From: an uncultured Planctomycetales bacterium | GTDB taxonomy: Bacteria > Omnitrophota > Gorgyraeia > Gygaellales > Profunditerraquicolaceae | Direction: 5' to 3' | Length of the DNA stretch: 35,530 nt | Assembly: GCA_964359035.1 (NCBI GenBank) | Contig: CAYHRM010000001.1 | Location: forward strand, 1-35,530 | Part shown: in pieces, positions 24,148 to 33,487 of the stretch | Layout of the letters: every line of letters begins with the position of its first letter | Numbering within the stretch: position 1 is the first letter of the stretch | Program-made: the position numbers and the translations under genes | Notes under the pieces: generated by a model | What the model was told of the DNA's origin: nothing | The model's input: only the letters and a program-made list of their open reading frames with translations | Databases searched by the model: none

Positions 24148-25689
24148 TTATAGCCGTGCTGTCAGGCCAATCTTTGCCTGCTCCACATCCACCTTAATTA
24201 CTTTTACCTTTATTTTATCTCCAGGCTTAAGATTAGCAACAGTTTCTTTTTCAATCTCGCTAGAATAAATCAAGCCCTCCAACTCATCATCAATCTTAGC
24301 AAATACTCCGAATTCAGTAAGGCTGGAAACCTCTGCCTCTAATTGCGTATCCAGCGGATAACGCTCAGCAATTTTTGCCCAAGGATTCTCCTGCAATTGC
24401 TTTAACCCTAAAGCAATCCGCCGATTTGTCGCATCCACTGACAAAATAGAAACATCAATCTTCTGCCCCTTCTTTAAAACATCCTGAGGATGGCCGATTC
24501 TTTTGGTCCAGGAAATATCGGAAACATGAATCATCCCTTCCAGATTAGAATCCAACTCCACAAACGCCCCATACTCTGTGAAACCGCGCACCTTACCGGA
24601 CACGCTAGAGCCCACCAAATACTTGCTCTCTGCTTCCAGCCAAGGATTCTGCTCCAACTGTTTTAGACTCAATGAAATCCTGCGAGAATCTTTTTCTACG
24701 CTTAAGATCTGAGTTTCTACCATGTCTCCGACGGCAAACATCTCCCCCGGATTATTCACACGCTTAGTCCAGGAGATTTCAGAAACATGGATTAAGCCTT
24801 CAATCCCTTTTTCCAGCTCCACAAAAACTCCGTAAGGTAAAATATTAACCACTTTACCTTTTACCTTTGAACCGATGGTAAACTTGCCTTCAATATCTTT
24901 CCAGGGATCAGACAATCTTTGCTTAAGGCCTAAAGAAACTTTGCCAGAAGCCTGGTCAAGATTTAAGATCATTACTTCAATCTTATCTCCGAGTGCCACA
25001 ATTTCAGATGGGTGGCTAATCTTGGACCAAGACATATCTGTAATATGTAACAGGCCATCTAATCCACCTAAATCAATAAAGGCGCCAAAATCCGTAATCG
25101 CCTTGACTAACCCGGGATAGATATTACCAATCTTTAATTCACCCCAAATTTTACCCTTAGCCACATCTCGATCCGCCTGCACTGCCTCGCGGCGGCTGAC
25201 AATAATACTCCGCCGTAAATTATTCACCTTAACAATCTTAAACTTGAATATCTTATACAAGATATCTTTGTCCGCAATATTCCTAAAAGAAGAAAGCGAG
25301 CTCGGCAAAAACCCTTCAATCCCCATAATATCTACTAGGAACCCACCCTTAACCTTCTTTACCGGTTTCCCATCGACCAATGTTCCATCATTAGATAACT
25401 TAACAATTTTATCCCAGCCCTGCATGCGCATAGCTTTTTCACGCGACAGGGTCATTACCCCGAAATCATTTTCCATGGTCTCCAGCAAAAACTCCATCTC
25501 TTTGCCAATCTCCAAATCCTCGGTGCTGAATTCAGCAATGGGGACGATACCTTCTGATTTAAAACCCACATCCACTAAAACTTCTTTAGTTTTAATTTCA
25601 ACAATTTTACCACTGACAACTTGGCCTTCTTTTAAAACCTTAATACTTTGGTTATACAATAACTCTAATTCTGATCTTGAATCTGACAT
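24148..25689 (-). CDS. rpsA: 30S ribosomal protein S1
   Basis: 513 aa with six S1 (OB-fold) repeats, for example [33 protein letters not shown] and [26 protein letters not shown] lies 8 nt upstream of the ATG. Confidence 0.93.
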   Translation of the reverse strand: MSDSRSELELLYNQSIKVLKEGQVVSGKIVEIKTKEVLVDVGFKSEGIVPIAEFSTEDLEIGKEMEFLLETMENDFGVMTLSREKAMRMQGWDKIVKLSNDGTLVDGKPVKKVKGGFLVDIMGIEGFLPSSLSSFRNIADKDILYKIFKFKIVKVNNLRRSIIVSRREAVQADRDVAKGKIWGELKIGNIYPGLVKAITDFGAFIDLGGLDGLLHITDMSWSKISHPSEIVALGDKIEVMILNLDQASGKVSLGLKQRLSDPWKDIEGKFTIGSKVKGKVVNILPYGVFVELEKGIEGLIHVSEISWTKRVNNPGEMFAVGDMVETQILSVEKDSRRISLSLKQLEQNPWLEAESKYLVGSSVSGKVRGFTEYGAFVELDSNLEGMIHVSDISWTKRIGHPQDVLKKGQKIDVSILSVDATNRRIALGLKQLQENPWAKIAERYPLDTQLEAEVSSLTEFGVFAKIDDELEGLIYSSEIEKETVANLKPGDKIKVKVIKVDVEQAKIGLTARL

Positions 25690-25716
25690 TTTAAAATCTC
25701 CTTATAATTTTTAACA

Positions 25717-25786
25717 CGTCATTGCGAGGCACGAAGTGCCGAAGCAATCCCGTTAGAGAGATTGCTTCGCTTCGCTCGCAATGACG
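25717..25786. repeat. Family-C repeat: two units in inverted orientation
   Basis: The left unit is GTCATTGCGAGGCACGAAGTGCCGAAGCAATC (25718..25749). The right unit (25760..25785), reverse-complemented, reads GTCATTGCGAGCGAAGCGAAGCAATC. A 10-nt centre separates them. Confidence 0.85.
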
Positions 25787-25923
25787 GTAATTTGAACAGT
25801 AATATATTTAATTGTTTTCTTTATCTTAATCGTTAAACAAAATAGCCAAAGTCAACCGCTTTAATTTCATGACTTGGCTCCCCCTTTCTATGCGAATTTG
25901 TTCGTAGTATAAACCTCTCGATA

Positions 25924-27312
25924 TTATACCCCATCTTTTAAAATTATTTCTTTACCCAGCGCCAACAACTTCTTAGCCTGAGCAAGGCTTTTAGCCTCAG
26001 CATAAGTACGCATAATCGGCTCAGTGCCTGAACCGCGAAACATCAGCCAACTCTGATCCTGGCAAATAAGCTTAATTCCGTCGTAATCCTTAACCTCAAC
26101 AACTTTTTTTCCTAATAATTCCTTAGGCAGATTTTCTTTTTTTGGCTCAACGCGCTTAGCCAAATGAAAATCCTGGCGCACATAATAAAATTTACCAAAC
26201 TGTTTTTCCGTTTCATTAAGAATCTTTAGGATATTTTTATTGCGATAAACCATCATTTCAATTAACAAAAGCCCGGCCATGGTTCCGTCGCGCTCAGGGA
26301 TATAATTCTTAACTCCCATCCCGCCTGCTTCTTCACCGCCGGCAACAATATCCTGGGTTTCCATAAGATCCGAGATGTATTTAAAACCAACAGGAGTCTC
26401 ATAAAGTTTAATCCCTAAAAATTTAGCGATATTATCCATCATCGTAGAGCCACAAATAGTTTTAACTAAACCCCCGCTCCAATGCCGGTCCTGATTCAAA
26501 TGCAACGCTAACAGGCCCAAAATCTTCTGGGGATGAATAAATACGCCACCCGGAGCCACGGCCGCAATCCGATCTGCATCTCCATCCAGAGCAATACCTA
26601 AATCAAACTTTTCATTTTTTACCCGCGCTTTTAACTGTTCTAAATTTTCCTCTACCGGTTCAGGACGGCCACCATCAAAAGAAGGATTAATCGTGTTACG
26701 CATAAACTCTAATTTTATTTTACTGCCCTTAAGCACCTGGGCCATAAAACTATCCCCTGAGCCATACATCGAATCCACTAAAACCTTAAATTTTTTATTT
26801 TTAATTTTCTTTAAATCAATATAATTACGGATAAATTTTATATAATCCTTAATTATATCCACTACCTCAATGGATTCAACTAAAGCGGAATCTTTTACTA
26901 AAGTTACCCCCAGCAGGCTCTCAACTTTCTGGGTCAATTCTTGGCTCGCTCCGCCGCCAGCAGCATTCTTAATTTTAAAACCATTATATTCTGCCGGATT
27001 ATGCGAAGCCGTAATCATGATCCCTAAATCCAATTTACGCGCTTTAACAATAAAACTTAATGCCGGAGTAGGTGTAGGCCGATCAGAAAGAAGTACTTCT
27101 AAGCCATTGCTTTTTAGAACAATGGCGGCAGTTTGTGCAAATTTAGCCGACATAAAACGCGTATCATATCCTACGGCAACCTTTTTACCGGCACCTAAAA
27201 AATCCGCTACTGCCTGGGTAAGGATTTTAACATTTTCTAAAGTATAAGTATCCGCAATAATTGCTCTCCAGCCGTCCGTGCCAAACTTAATTTGTGAAAC
27301 CGCATTACTCAT
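25924..27312 (-). CDS. Phosphoglucomutase/phosphomannomutase-family phosphohexomutase
   Basis: 462 aa. The active-site serine loop is TASHNPAEYNGFK, the Mg loop is ALDGDADRIAAV and the sugar loop is GGEEAGG. The SD is GAGGAG. Confidence 0.9.
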   Translation of the reverse strand: MSNAVSQIKFGTDGWRAIIADTYTLENVKILTQAVADFLGAGKKVAVGYDTRFMSAKFAQTAAIVLKSNGLEVLLSDRPTPTPALSFIVKARKLDLGIMITASHNPAEYNGFKIKNAAGGGASQELTQKVESLLGVTLVKDSALVESIEVVDIIKDYIKFIRNYIDLKKIKNKKFKVLVDSMYGSGDSFMAQVLKGSKIKLEFMRNTINPSFDGGRPEPVEENLEQLKARVKNEKFDLGIALDGDADRIAAVAPGGVFIHPQKILGLLALHLNQDRHWSGGLVKTICGSTMMDNIAKFLGIKLYETPVGFKYISDLMETQDIVAGGEEAGGMGVKNYIPERDGTMAGLLLIEMMVYRNKNILKILNETEKQFGKFYYVRQDFHLAKRVEPKKENLPKELLGKKVVEVKDYDGIKLICQDQSWLMFRGSGTEPIMRTYAEAKSLAQAKKLLALGKEIILKDGV

Positions 27313-27358
27313 CGTACTTTCTCCTCTTCTTAAATAATCCCATAAACCTTCATATCCA

Positions 27359-27394
27359 CACCAGTAGTGGGGGTTTAAACCCCCACTACTGGTG
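27359..27394. repeat. Family-B perfect palindrome, copy B2
   Basis: CACCAGTAGTGGGGGTTTAAACCCCCACTACTGGTG is a 36-nt perfect palindrome between the rpe stop and the mutase start. No U-tract follows it on the transcribed strand. Confidence 0.85.
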
Positions 27395-27407
27395 GAAGAT
27401 AACTTGC

Positions 27408-28043
27408 CTATCTTAAACTATCGATTGCCTGTTTAATATCTTTTGAGCCAAAAATGTAAGAGCCGGCCACCAAAATATTTGCCCCCGCCTGCTTTACCAG
27501 TTTAGCAGTTTTAAAATTAATCCCGCCATCCACAGCGATATCCCGCGTAAAAATTGCGCGCAGTTGCCTTATCTTTTCTATAGCTTTAGGAATAAACGCC
27601 TGCCCGCCAAAACCAGGTTTTACCGACATAACTAAAACAAAATCTACTAAACCCAAAACCGGCTTAATTTTAGCTAATGCCGTACCCGGATTTAAAGAGA
27701 TTCCCAATTTAACTTTGCTTTTTTTTAATTTTCTAGCAATCGCTTGCAGCTGACTCAAACTCACTGTTTCAATATGTACAGTAATCATGTCACTACCGGC
27801 TTTAACAAAAGCCTCCACATATTTAGCCGGATGCTGAATCATTAAATGCACATCTAATGCCAAAGAAGTTGACTGACGCATAAATTTTACCACCATCGGG
27901 CCAATAGTAATATTCGGTACGAAGTGGCCATCCATCACATCTACATGCACTAAATCTGCGCCGGCCAATTTCACTTTTTCTAGCTCTAGGCCCAACTGGC
28001 TAAAATTTGCCGATAATATCGACGGAGCAATCTTTATTTTCAT
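27408..28043 (-). CDS. rpe: Ribulose-phosphate 3-epimerase
   Basis: 211 aa with IAPSILSANFSQLGLELEKV, HVDVMDGHFVPNITIGP and VDGGIN. Confidence 0.93.
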   Translation of the reverse strand: MKIKIAPSILSANFSQLGLELEKVKLAGADLVHVDVMDGHFVPNITIGPMVVKFMRQSTSLALDVHLMIQHPAKYVEAFVKAGSDMITVHIETVSLSQLQAIARKLKKSKVKLGISLNPGTALAKIKPVLGLVDFVLVMSVKPGFGGQAFIPKAIEKIRQLRAIFTRDIAVDGGINFKTAKLVKQAGANILVAGSYIFGSKDIKQAIDSLR

Positions 28044-28606
28044 TTATAAAGCTTCCTCTTCTTAATATAATCAAAAACTTTATCCGTAACTAAATAACCA
28101 AATGATTTATTTTGAAACACACACTGGCGCACCTCAAAACCGGAAACATCCACCGCCCGAATCGGTAAAGTTTGAATATGGCACGGTATCTTTTCCAACG
28201 CATACCCCGGACGAGTTGCCGCGACAAATTTTACCATACTCAATATCTGGCTTAAATCCTTCCAATCACTTAGATATTTAAGCAGATCCGAACCAATAAT
28301 AAAATAAAGCTCATCTTGGCTATATTTAGCTCTAAATTCTTTTAAGGTATCAATAGTATAAGAACGCCCCTGCCGCTTAATCTCGGCGTCGGAAACGGAA
28401 AAAAACTTATTCGAAGCAACCGCTAACTTTAACATCTTTAAGCGGTCTTTAGCCGGAGCAATATTTAAATTATCTTTATGCGGCGGTAAAGCCGTAGGCA
28501 CAAAAATAATTTTATCCAATCCTAATTTTTCCCTTACCTCTTCGGCTAAAATTAAATGCCCAATATGCACCGGGTTAAAAGTTCCGCCCAGAATGCCAAT
28601 CTTCAC
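28040..28606 (-). CDS. nadD: Nicotinate-nucleotide adenylyltransferase
   Basis: 188 aa with IGILGGTFNPVHIGHL. The GTG start overlaps the proA stop (GTGA). Confidence 0.9.
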   Translation of the reverse strand: MKIGILGGTFNPVHIGHLILAEEVREKLGLDKIIFVPTALPPHKDNLNIAPAKDRLKMLKLAVASNKFFSVSDAEIKRQGRSYTIDTLKEFRAKYSQDELYFIIGSDLLKYLSDWKDLSQILSMVKFVAATRPGYALEKIPCHIQTLPIRAVDVSGFEVRQCVFQNKSFGYLVTDKVFDYIKKRKLYK

Positions 28607-29859
28607 TCTCTAACCTGGCCAGCGCCGTAAACCATATATTTATAAGTAGTCAATTCCTCAAGCCCCATCGGGCCGCGGGCATGTAATTTATCGGTAGAAA
28701 TACCAATCTCCGCGCCCATGCCAAACTGCCCTCCGTCAGTAAAACGGGTTGAGGCATTCAAATAGACGCAAGCGGAATCTACTTGCTTTAAAAATTTATC
28801 CGCGGCGTTGCGGTCATCTGTAACAATACTATCCGAGTGATGCGAACCGTACTGATTAATATGCGCAATCGCCGCATCCAGGCTATCCACAACCTTCACC
28901 GATAAAATTAAATCCGCATATTCCGTGCGATAATCTTTCTCTGTGGCCGGCTTAACCCATTTGGCAATTTTCTGAGTAAATGCGCATCCACGAATCTGAA
29001 CCTTCGCCTGGTTAAACTTTTTAAGCATTCCTGGCAAAAACCTAACAGCAACATCACGATGGACCAACATGCTTTCCATAGCATTACAAACTCCCGGACG
29101 CTGACACTTAGCATTCCAACAAATACTCTGGGCCATATTCAAATCCGCGTCTTCATCCACATAAACATGGCAAATTCCTTTATAATGCTTAATCACCGGT
29201 ATGCGCGAAGAACTAACTACTTTTTTAATTAATTCTTCTCCGCCTCGAGGAATAACCAGATCAATATAATTATTTAATTTAAGCAGATAATCTATCGCCT
29301 GATGATTAGTAGTAGTAACCAAATTAATCACACCCTCTGCTAAGTTATGTTTTTGCATAACCTCATGAAACAGATTAAAAATTGCCCGATTAGAGTTTAA
29401 AGCTTGGCTTCCACCGCGTAAAATCACGCTGTTACCGGATTTAAAACAAAGCCCGATACAATCCGCAGTGACATTCGGACGAGACTCATAAATAATCGAC
29501 ACCACACCGATCGGAACACGCACCTTCTGAATGCTTAAACCCACAGGCGTATTCCAGGCATGCATGACCTCACCTACCGGGTCTTTAAGCTTAGCGATCA
29601 TGAGTAAAGAATCCGCCATCTGTCCTATTCTTGCCTCATCCAAACTAAGCCGGTCAATAAAAGCCTTACCTCTACTTTTAGCGGCCTGAATATCTTTTCT
29701 ATTCGCTTTTAAAATAACTGCTTTATCACTCAATAAAACAGCGGCCAAATCTACAAGCACGGCATTCTTAATAGCCGAAGATAAAATCGCCAACGGCCCC
29801 GCCGCCGCCTTAGCTTGTTTGGCAATATTTTCTATTTCTTTTTTAAGATTTTTATTCAT
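28603..29859 (-). CDS. proA: Gamma-glutamyl phosphate reductase
   Basis: 418 aa with IYESRPNVT, ILRGG and NASTRFTDGGQFGMGAEIGIST. Confidence 0.93.
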   Translation of the reverse strand: MNKNLKKEIENIAKQAKAAAGPLAILSSAIKNAVLVDLAAVLLSDKAVILKANRKDIQAAKSRGKAFIDRLSLDEARIGQMADSLLMIAKLKDPVGEVMHAWNTPVGLSIQKVRVPIGVVSIIYESRPNVTADCIGLCFKSGNSVILRGGSQALNSNRAIFNLFHEVMQKHNLAEGVINLVTTTNHQAIDYLLKLNNYIDLVIPRGGEELIKKVVSSSRIPVIKHYKGICHVYVDEDADLNMAQSICWNAKCQRPGVCNAMESMLVHRDVAVRFLPGMLKKFNQAKVQIRGCAFTQKIAKWVKPATEKDYRTEYADLILSVKVVDSLDAAIAHINQYGSHHSDSIVTDDRNAADKFLKQVDSACVYLNASTRFTDGGQFGMGAEIGISTDKLHARGPMGLEELTTYKYMVYGAGQVRE

Positions 29860-30623
29860 TTAGCGAGAAATATAGTACCCTGGCAAAAAGGATTATTAGC
29901 CAGCTGACTAATAATTTTAGATTTTCCCCCATCAGCAATCACGCAAGGCAATCCACCCTCAACCGCAATCCGCGCCGCCTCAATTTTAGTAATCATGCCA
30001 CCCACACAAATCTTTTTATTAGTCGAGCAAGCCAATGATTTTATCTGTTGCGTAATTTTATCAACTTGACGGATAACTTTTTTGTTTTTATCCAACAGGC
30101 CTTCGACATCAGAAAGAATAATTAAAAGATCCGCTCCCACCAATATAGAAACTAAGGCGCTCAAACGATCATTATCGCCAAACTTAATTTCTTCAGTAGC
30201 CACGGTATCATTCTCATTGATAATTGGCACGGTTTTTAGTTTTAACAAAGTATTCAAAGTATGCTTAGCATTTGTATAACGTGCCCCTAAAAAATCATCC
30301 CAAGTTAAAAGTAGCTGCGCACAATTCAATTTATATTTATGCAGCGCCAGTTTATAAACATGCATCAGTTCATGCTGGCCAATCGCTGCAATCGCCTGTA
30401 GGTCCTGCAATTGCTTGGGCCGATTAGTTAATTTCAAAATGGCCATACCCAAAGCAATCGCTCCGGAGGAAACCACCACTACCTCTTTGCCCTGCCCGAT
30501 TAACTCCGAGATCTGCCCAGCGATATGCCTAATTAAAGCCATATCTAATTTATGATTATCTCTAGCAAACAGGCTGGAACCAATCTTGACGACGATTCTT
30601 TTATAATTTTTCTGCGACAGCAT
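29856..30623 (-). CDS. proB: Glutamate 5-kinase (no PUA domain)
   Basis: 255 aa with RIVVKIGSSLF, VVSSGAIALG and INENDTVA. Confidence 0.9.
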   Translation of the reverse strand: MLSQKNYKRIVVKIGSSLFARDNHKLDMALIRHIAGQISELIGQGKEVVVVSSGAIALGMAILKLTNRPKQLQDLQAIAAIGQHELMHVYKLALHKYKLNCAQLLLTWDDFLGARYTNAKHTLNTLLKLKTVPIINENDTVATEEIKFGDNDRLSALVSILVGADLLIILSDVEGLLDKNKKVIRQVDKITQQIKSLACSTNKKICVGGMITKIEAARIAVEGGLPCVIADGGKSKIISQLANNPFCQGTIFLAK

Positions 30624-31554
30624 CGATCAACTCCTCTAGCCCTTGTTTATTTAACGCCGAAATCGGATAAACTGTTTTCTTAATTAATTTTTTAAAGCGC
30701 TTTAAATTTTCTTGGGCGCCGGCAAGATCCATTTTATTCGCACAAATAATCTGCGGCTTTTTATAAACTATCTTATTATAATTCTTTAACTCTAAATTAA
30801 TGTTTTTATAATCCTCTACCGGATCCCGGCCTTCAAAACCGGCCATATCAATTAAATGAATTAAAATCTTAGTGCGCTCAACATGCTTTAGAAATTGATC
30901 CCCCAGCCCACGGCCGACAGAGGCTCCGGGAATCAACCCGGGAATATCCGCAATCACAAATTTTCGATGCGTACTAGATGCCACCCCTAAAATCGGCCCC
31001 GTAGTCGTAAACGGATAAGCGGCAACCTTTGGATGCGCATTAGAAATTACAGAGATCAGTGTAGATTTACCAGCATTAGGAAAACCTACTACTCCAACAT
31101 CCGCCAACAGCTTTAAATCCAGAACAATTATTTTTTCTTCACCCGGCACGCCCAGAGTGGCTTCTTTACGATGCCAATTACCAATACCACCTTGGCCGCC
31201 ACGGGCCACAATTACCTGTTCACCATCAACATCTAGATCGCGCAAAATAGATCCAGTAGCAAAATCTTTGATCGTAGTGCCCAAGGGAACACGAACAATT
31301 ACATCCGCAGAGCCTTTACCTTTTTTATGATTACTTGAACCATGCCCACCATGAGCACCAAAAAAATGACGATGATGCTGAAAATCTAAAAGGGTAAGCA
31401 GATTACGGTCTGCGCGTATAATAATATCCGCCCCCTTGCCGCCATCTCCACCATCTGGAATCCCCTGACGTTGATACTTATCCCGGTGAAGGCTTTGACA
31501 GCCTTTACCACCAGAACCAGCGCGAATATTAATTTTAGCCCCGTCGATAAACAC
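30601..31554 (-). CDS. obg: GTPase Obg/CgtA (short, no C-terminal extension)
   Basis: The Obg fold is MFIDGAKINIRAGSGGKGCQSLHRDKYQRQGIPDGGDGGKGADI. G1 is GFPNAGKST, G3 is DIPGLI and G4 is NKMD. The start codon is GTG. Confidence 0.92.
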   Translation of the reverse strand: MFIDGAKINIRAGSGGKGCQSLHRDKYQRQGIPDGGDGGKGADIIIRADRNLLTLLDFQHHRHFFGAHGGHGSSNHKKGKGSADVIVRVPLGTTIKDFATGSILRDLDVDGEQVIVARGGQGGIGNWHRKEATLGVPGEEKIIVLDLKLLADVGVVGFPNAGKSTLISVISNAHPKVAAYPFTTTGPILGVASSTHRKFVIADIPGLIPGASVGRGLGDQFLKHVERTKILIHLIDMAGFEGRDPVEDYKNINLELKNYNKIVYKKPQIICANKMDLAGAQENLKRFKKLIKKTVYPISALNKQGLEELIDAVAEKL

Positions 31555-31558
31555 TTTT

Positions 31559-31876
31559 TTATAAGCCTAAAACAATCGCCTTAATCTTTAACTCCGTAAG
31601 CTGCGCACGATGTCCTTTTTCCCAATGTGAATTCTTGCGCCGACGATGTTTGTAAGCCGTGGTTTTTTCACCTAAAATCTGTTTTAAAACTGTTGCTTCC
31701 ACCTTAGCCCCCGAAACATAAGGCTGGCCAATCTGAACTTTTTTACCATCAGAGACTAATAAAACCTTATCAATACTGATATTATCGCCTTTCGCCAGGA
31801 TCTGTTTATTCACTTCAATAATATCATCCTTAGTTACACTGTACTGTTTTGATCCAACTTCAATTATGGCATACAT
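31559..31876 (-). CDS. rplU: 50S ribosomal protein L21
   Basis: 105 aa beginning MYAIIEVGSKQYSV. AAGGAGG lies upstream. Confidence 0.93.
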   Translation of the reverse strand: MYAIIEVGSKQYSVTKDDIIEVNKQILAKGDNISIDKVLLVSDGKKVQIGQPYVSGAKVEATVLKQILGEKTTAYKHRRRKNSHWEKGHRAQLTELKIKAIVLGL

Positions 31877-31925
31877 TTGACTCTCCTCCTTAAAGGTAAT
31901 TAAATAATCAATTCATGAATTTAAT

Positions 31926-31954
31926 ATTATATACCTGGTAGATTTAAGGGTCAA
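31926..31954 (-). promoter_or_regulatory. Sigma70 consensus-like promoter for the rplU operon: TTGACC-17 nt-TATAAT
   Basis: The minus strand reads TTGACCcttaaatctaccaggtaTATAAT. The -35 is at 31949..31954 and the -10 at 31926..31931. A leader of about 45 nt ends in AAGGAGG. Confidence 0.6.
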
Positions 31955-31975
31955 GCTAAAAAATAGACAAATAAC

Positions 31976-32011
31976 CAGTAGTAGTGTGGGTTTAAACCCA
32001 CACTACTACTG
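31976..32011 (-). terminator. Family-B perfect palindrome, copy B3; plausible intrinsic terminator after rng
   Basis: CAGTAGTAGTGTGGGTTTAAACCCACACTACTACTG has a 15-bp stem. On the minus strand it is followed by GTTATTTGTCTATTTTTTAG. Confidence 0.55.
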
Positions 32012-32044
32012 TTAATAACTAGCTACCTCTGCCTACTTTTATTA

Positions 32045-33487
32045 TTAGCTGAATTTTATGTCTTCTAGATGCGCGGTAGGGTTAGAAATAAGGTTGACCT
32101 TAATCCGGTATTTATGCTCAATCGCGCGCAGGGCCTCCTTATCTTTTAAGATTTCATCAATCACAGGCGGTGCCAAGGTAAGCGAAGCCTGTTTTAAGGT
32201 TTTGCCCTTAAGATAACGCTTAAGCTCTTTTAAAGCAAAAATTCCTAAGGTTTGAGGTGAACGCAACTTGCCTTTGCCCTTACAATATGGACAAGGCTGA
32301 AAAGAAAGCATCTGCACTGTCTTGTGAATACGTTCTCGAGTCATCTCTACTATACCAAACTTAGAAATCTCCAAAATATCATATTTTGCCCGGTCACCAG
32401 ACAAAGCATTTTTCAAGATATTCAATAACTCCCGGCGATGCCCTTCACGTTCCATATCAATAAAATCAATGACAATAATTCCGCCCAAATCCCGCAACAC
32501 AAGCTGCCGGGCAATCTCTACCGCCGCCTCAGCGTTAACTTTAAAAGCCATATCCTCTTGATTAACCTTTTTCTTAAACCCACCGCTATTTACATCAATC
32601 ACCACCAAGCCTTCCGTGGGTTCGATAATTAAATAAGCTTTAGATTTCATATAAACATGGCTTTCAAAAATATGGTTAATCTGCTTCTCCACATCTTTTG
32701 CGCCAAATAAATCATCACCCCGATAAAGCTCGACTTTTTTAGACAGATAACTTAAAAAAGTGCGCATAAAATGTTGAATCCGATAAAATTCAGGTTTAGA
32801 ATCAACAATCAGTTTAGAAACATCCTCAGTAAAAGAATCGCGAATTGCCCGCAACGCCAAATCATACTCTTCATAAACCAAAGCCGGAGCCTGTTTACCC
32901 TGCGCCGTCTTCTCCAGGCGCTTCCATAATTTATAAAGAAACTGTGCATCGCGGATTAACTCCTGCTTAGATCTTCCGCTAGCTGCCGTGCGCACAATAA
33001 ACCCGACTGGATCAGGAAATTTAAGTTCTTTAAATATCTCACGTAAACGCCTTCTTTCAGGTTCATCCTCAATACGCCTAGAGATACCCCCTTGCTTATC
33101 CAGCGGCATAATCACTAAATACCGGCCAGCTAAACCAATCTCCGTAGAAAGCCGCGGCCCCTTAGTACCGAAAGACTCTTTAACTACCTGAACCAAAACC
33201 TCTTGGCCTTTTTTTACTTCTTTGATCGGAGTTTGTTGCGGCGCTTCGATAGACTCATAGGCAGATTCGATTTCAGATAAATAAAGAAAACCATTTTTAG
33301 CTAAACCAATATCAACAAATGCTGCGCCGATAGACGGCATAACCGCCTCAATGCGGCCTTTATAGATATTCCCCACGATAGTGCGGTCCTGCGGGCGCTC
33401 AATATGAAACTCTAAAAGCTGGCCGTTTTCAACGATTGCAACGCGCTTCTCCTGAGCTTCTGCATTAATTAAAATTTCCTTGGACAT
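32045..33487 (-). CDS. rng: Ribonuclease E/G family (RNase G-sized)
   Basis: 480 aa. The S1 domain includes GNIYKGRIEAVMPSIGAAFVDIG. The catalytic region includes IDVNSGG and VIDFIDM. The Zn-link motif is CPYCKGKG. Confidence 0.9.
   Translation of the reverse strand: MSKEILINAEAQEKRVAIVENGQLLEFHIERPQDRTIVGNIYKGRIEAVMPSIGAAFVDIGLAKNGFLYLSEIESAYESIEAPQQTPIKEVKKGQEVLVQVVKESFGTKGPRLSTEIGLAGRYLVIMPLDKQGGISRRIEDEPERRRLREIFKELKFPDPVGFIVRTAASGRSKQELIRDAQFLYKLWKRLEKTAQGKQAPALVYEEYDLALRAIRDSFTEDVSKLIVDSKPEFYRIQHFMRTFLSYLSKKVELYRGDDLFGAKDVEKQINHIFESHVYMKSKAYLIIEPTEGLVVIDVNSGGFKKKVNQEDMAFKVNAEAAVEIARQLVLRDLGGIIVIDFIDMEREGHRRELLNILKNALSGDRAKYDILEISKFGIVEMTRERIHKTVQMLSFQPCPYCKGKGKLRSPQTLGIFALKELKRYLKGKTLKQASLTLAPPVIDEILKDKEALRAIEHKYRIKVNLISNPTAHLEDIKFS

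Noticed and set aside
25826-25870. A 14-codon ORF (MKLKRLTLAILFND) with an AGGGGGAG SD in the mutase-rpsA spacer.
   Set aside because: It is too short to support from sequence alone and shows no conservation evidence. It could be a chance ORF or a remnant signal peptide. It is worth checking only if ribosome profiling data exist.
28908-29114. The minus-strand nested ORFs inside proA (28908..29114) and inside the aminotransferase (1737..1976).
   Set aside because: They are alternative frames within strongly supported genes, with no independent signals.
31895-31925. A small AATTCATGAATT palindrome and an ATTAAAT/ATTTAAT pairing in the rplU leader, considered as a ribosomal-protein leader motif.
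   Set aside because: The structure is short and AT-rich and is expected by chance at this base composition. I recognise no known L21-leader features.
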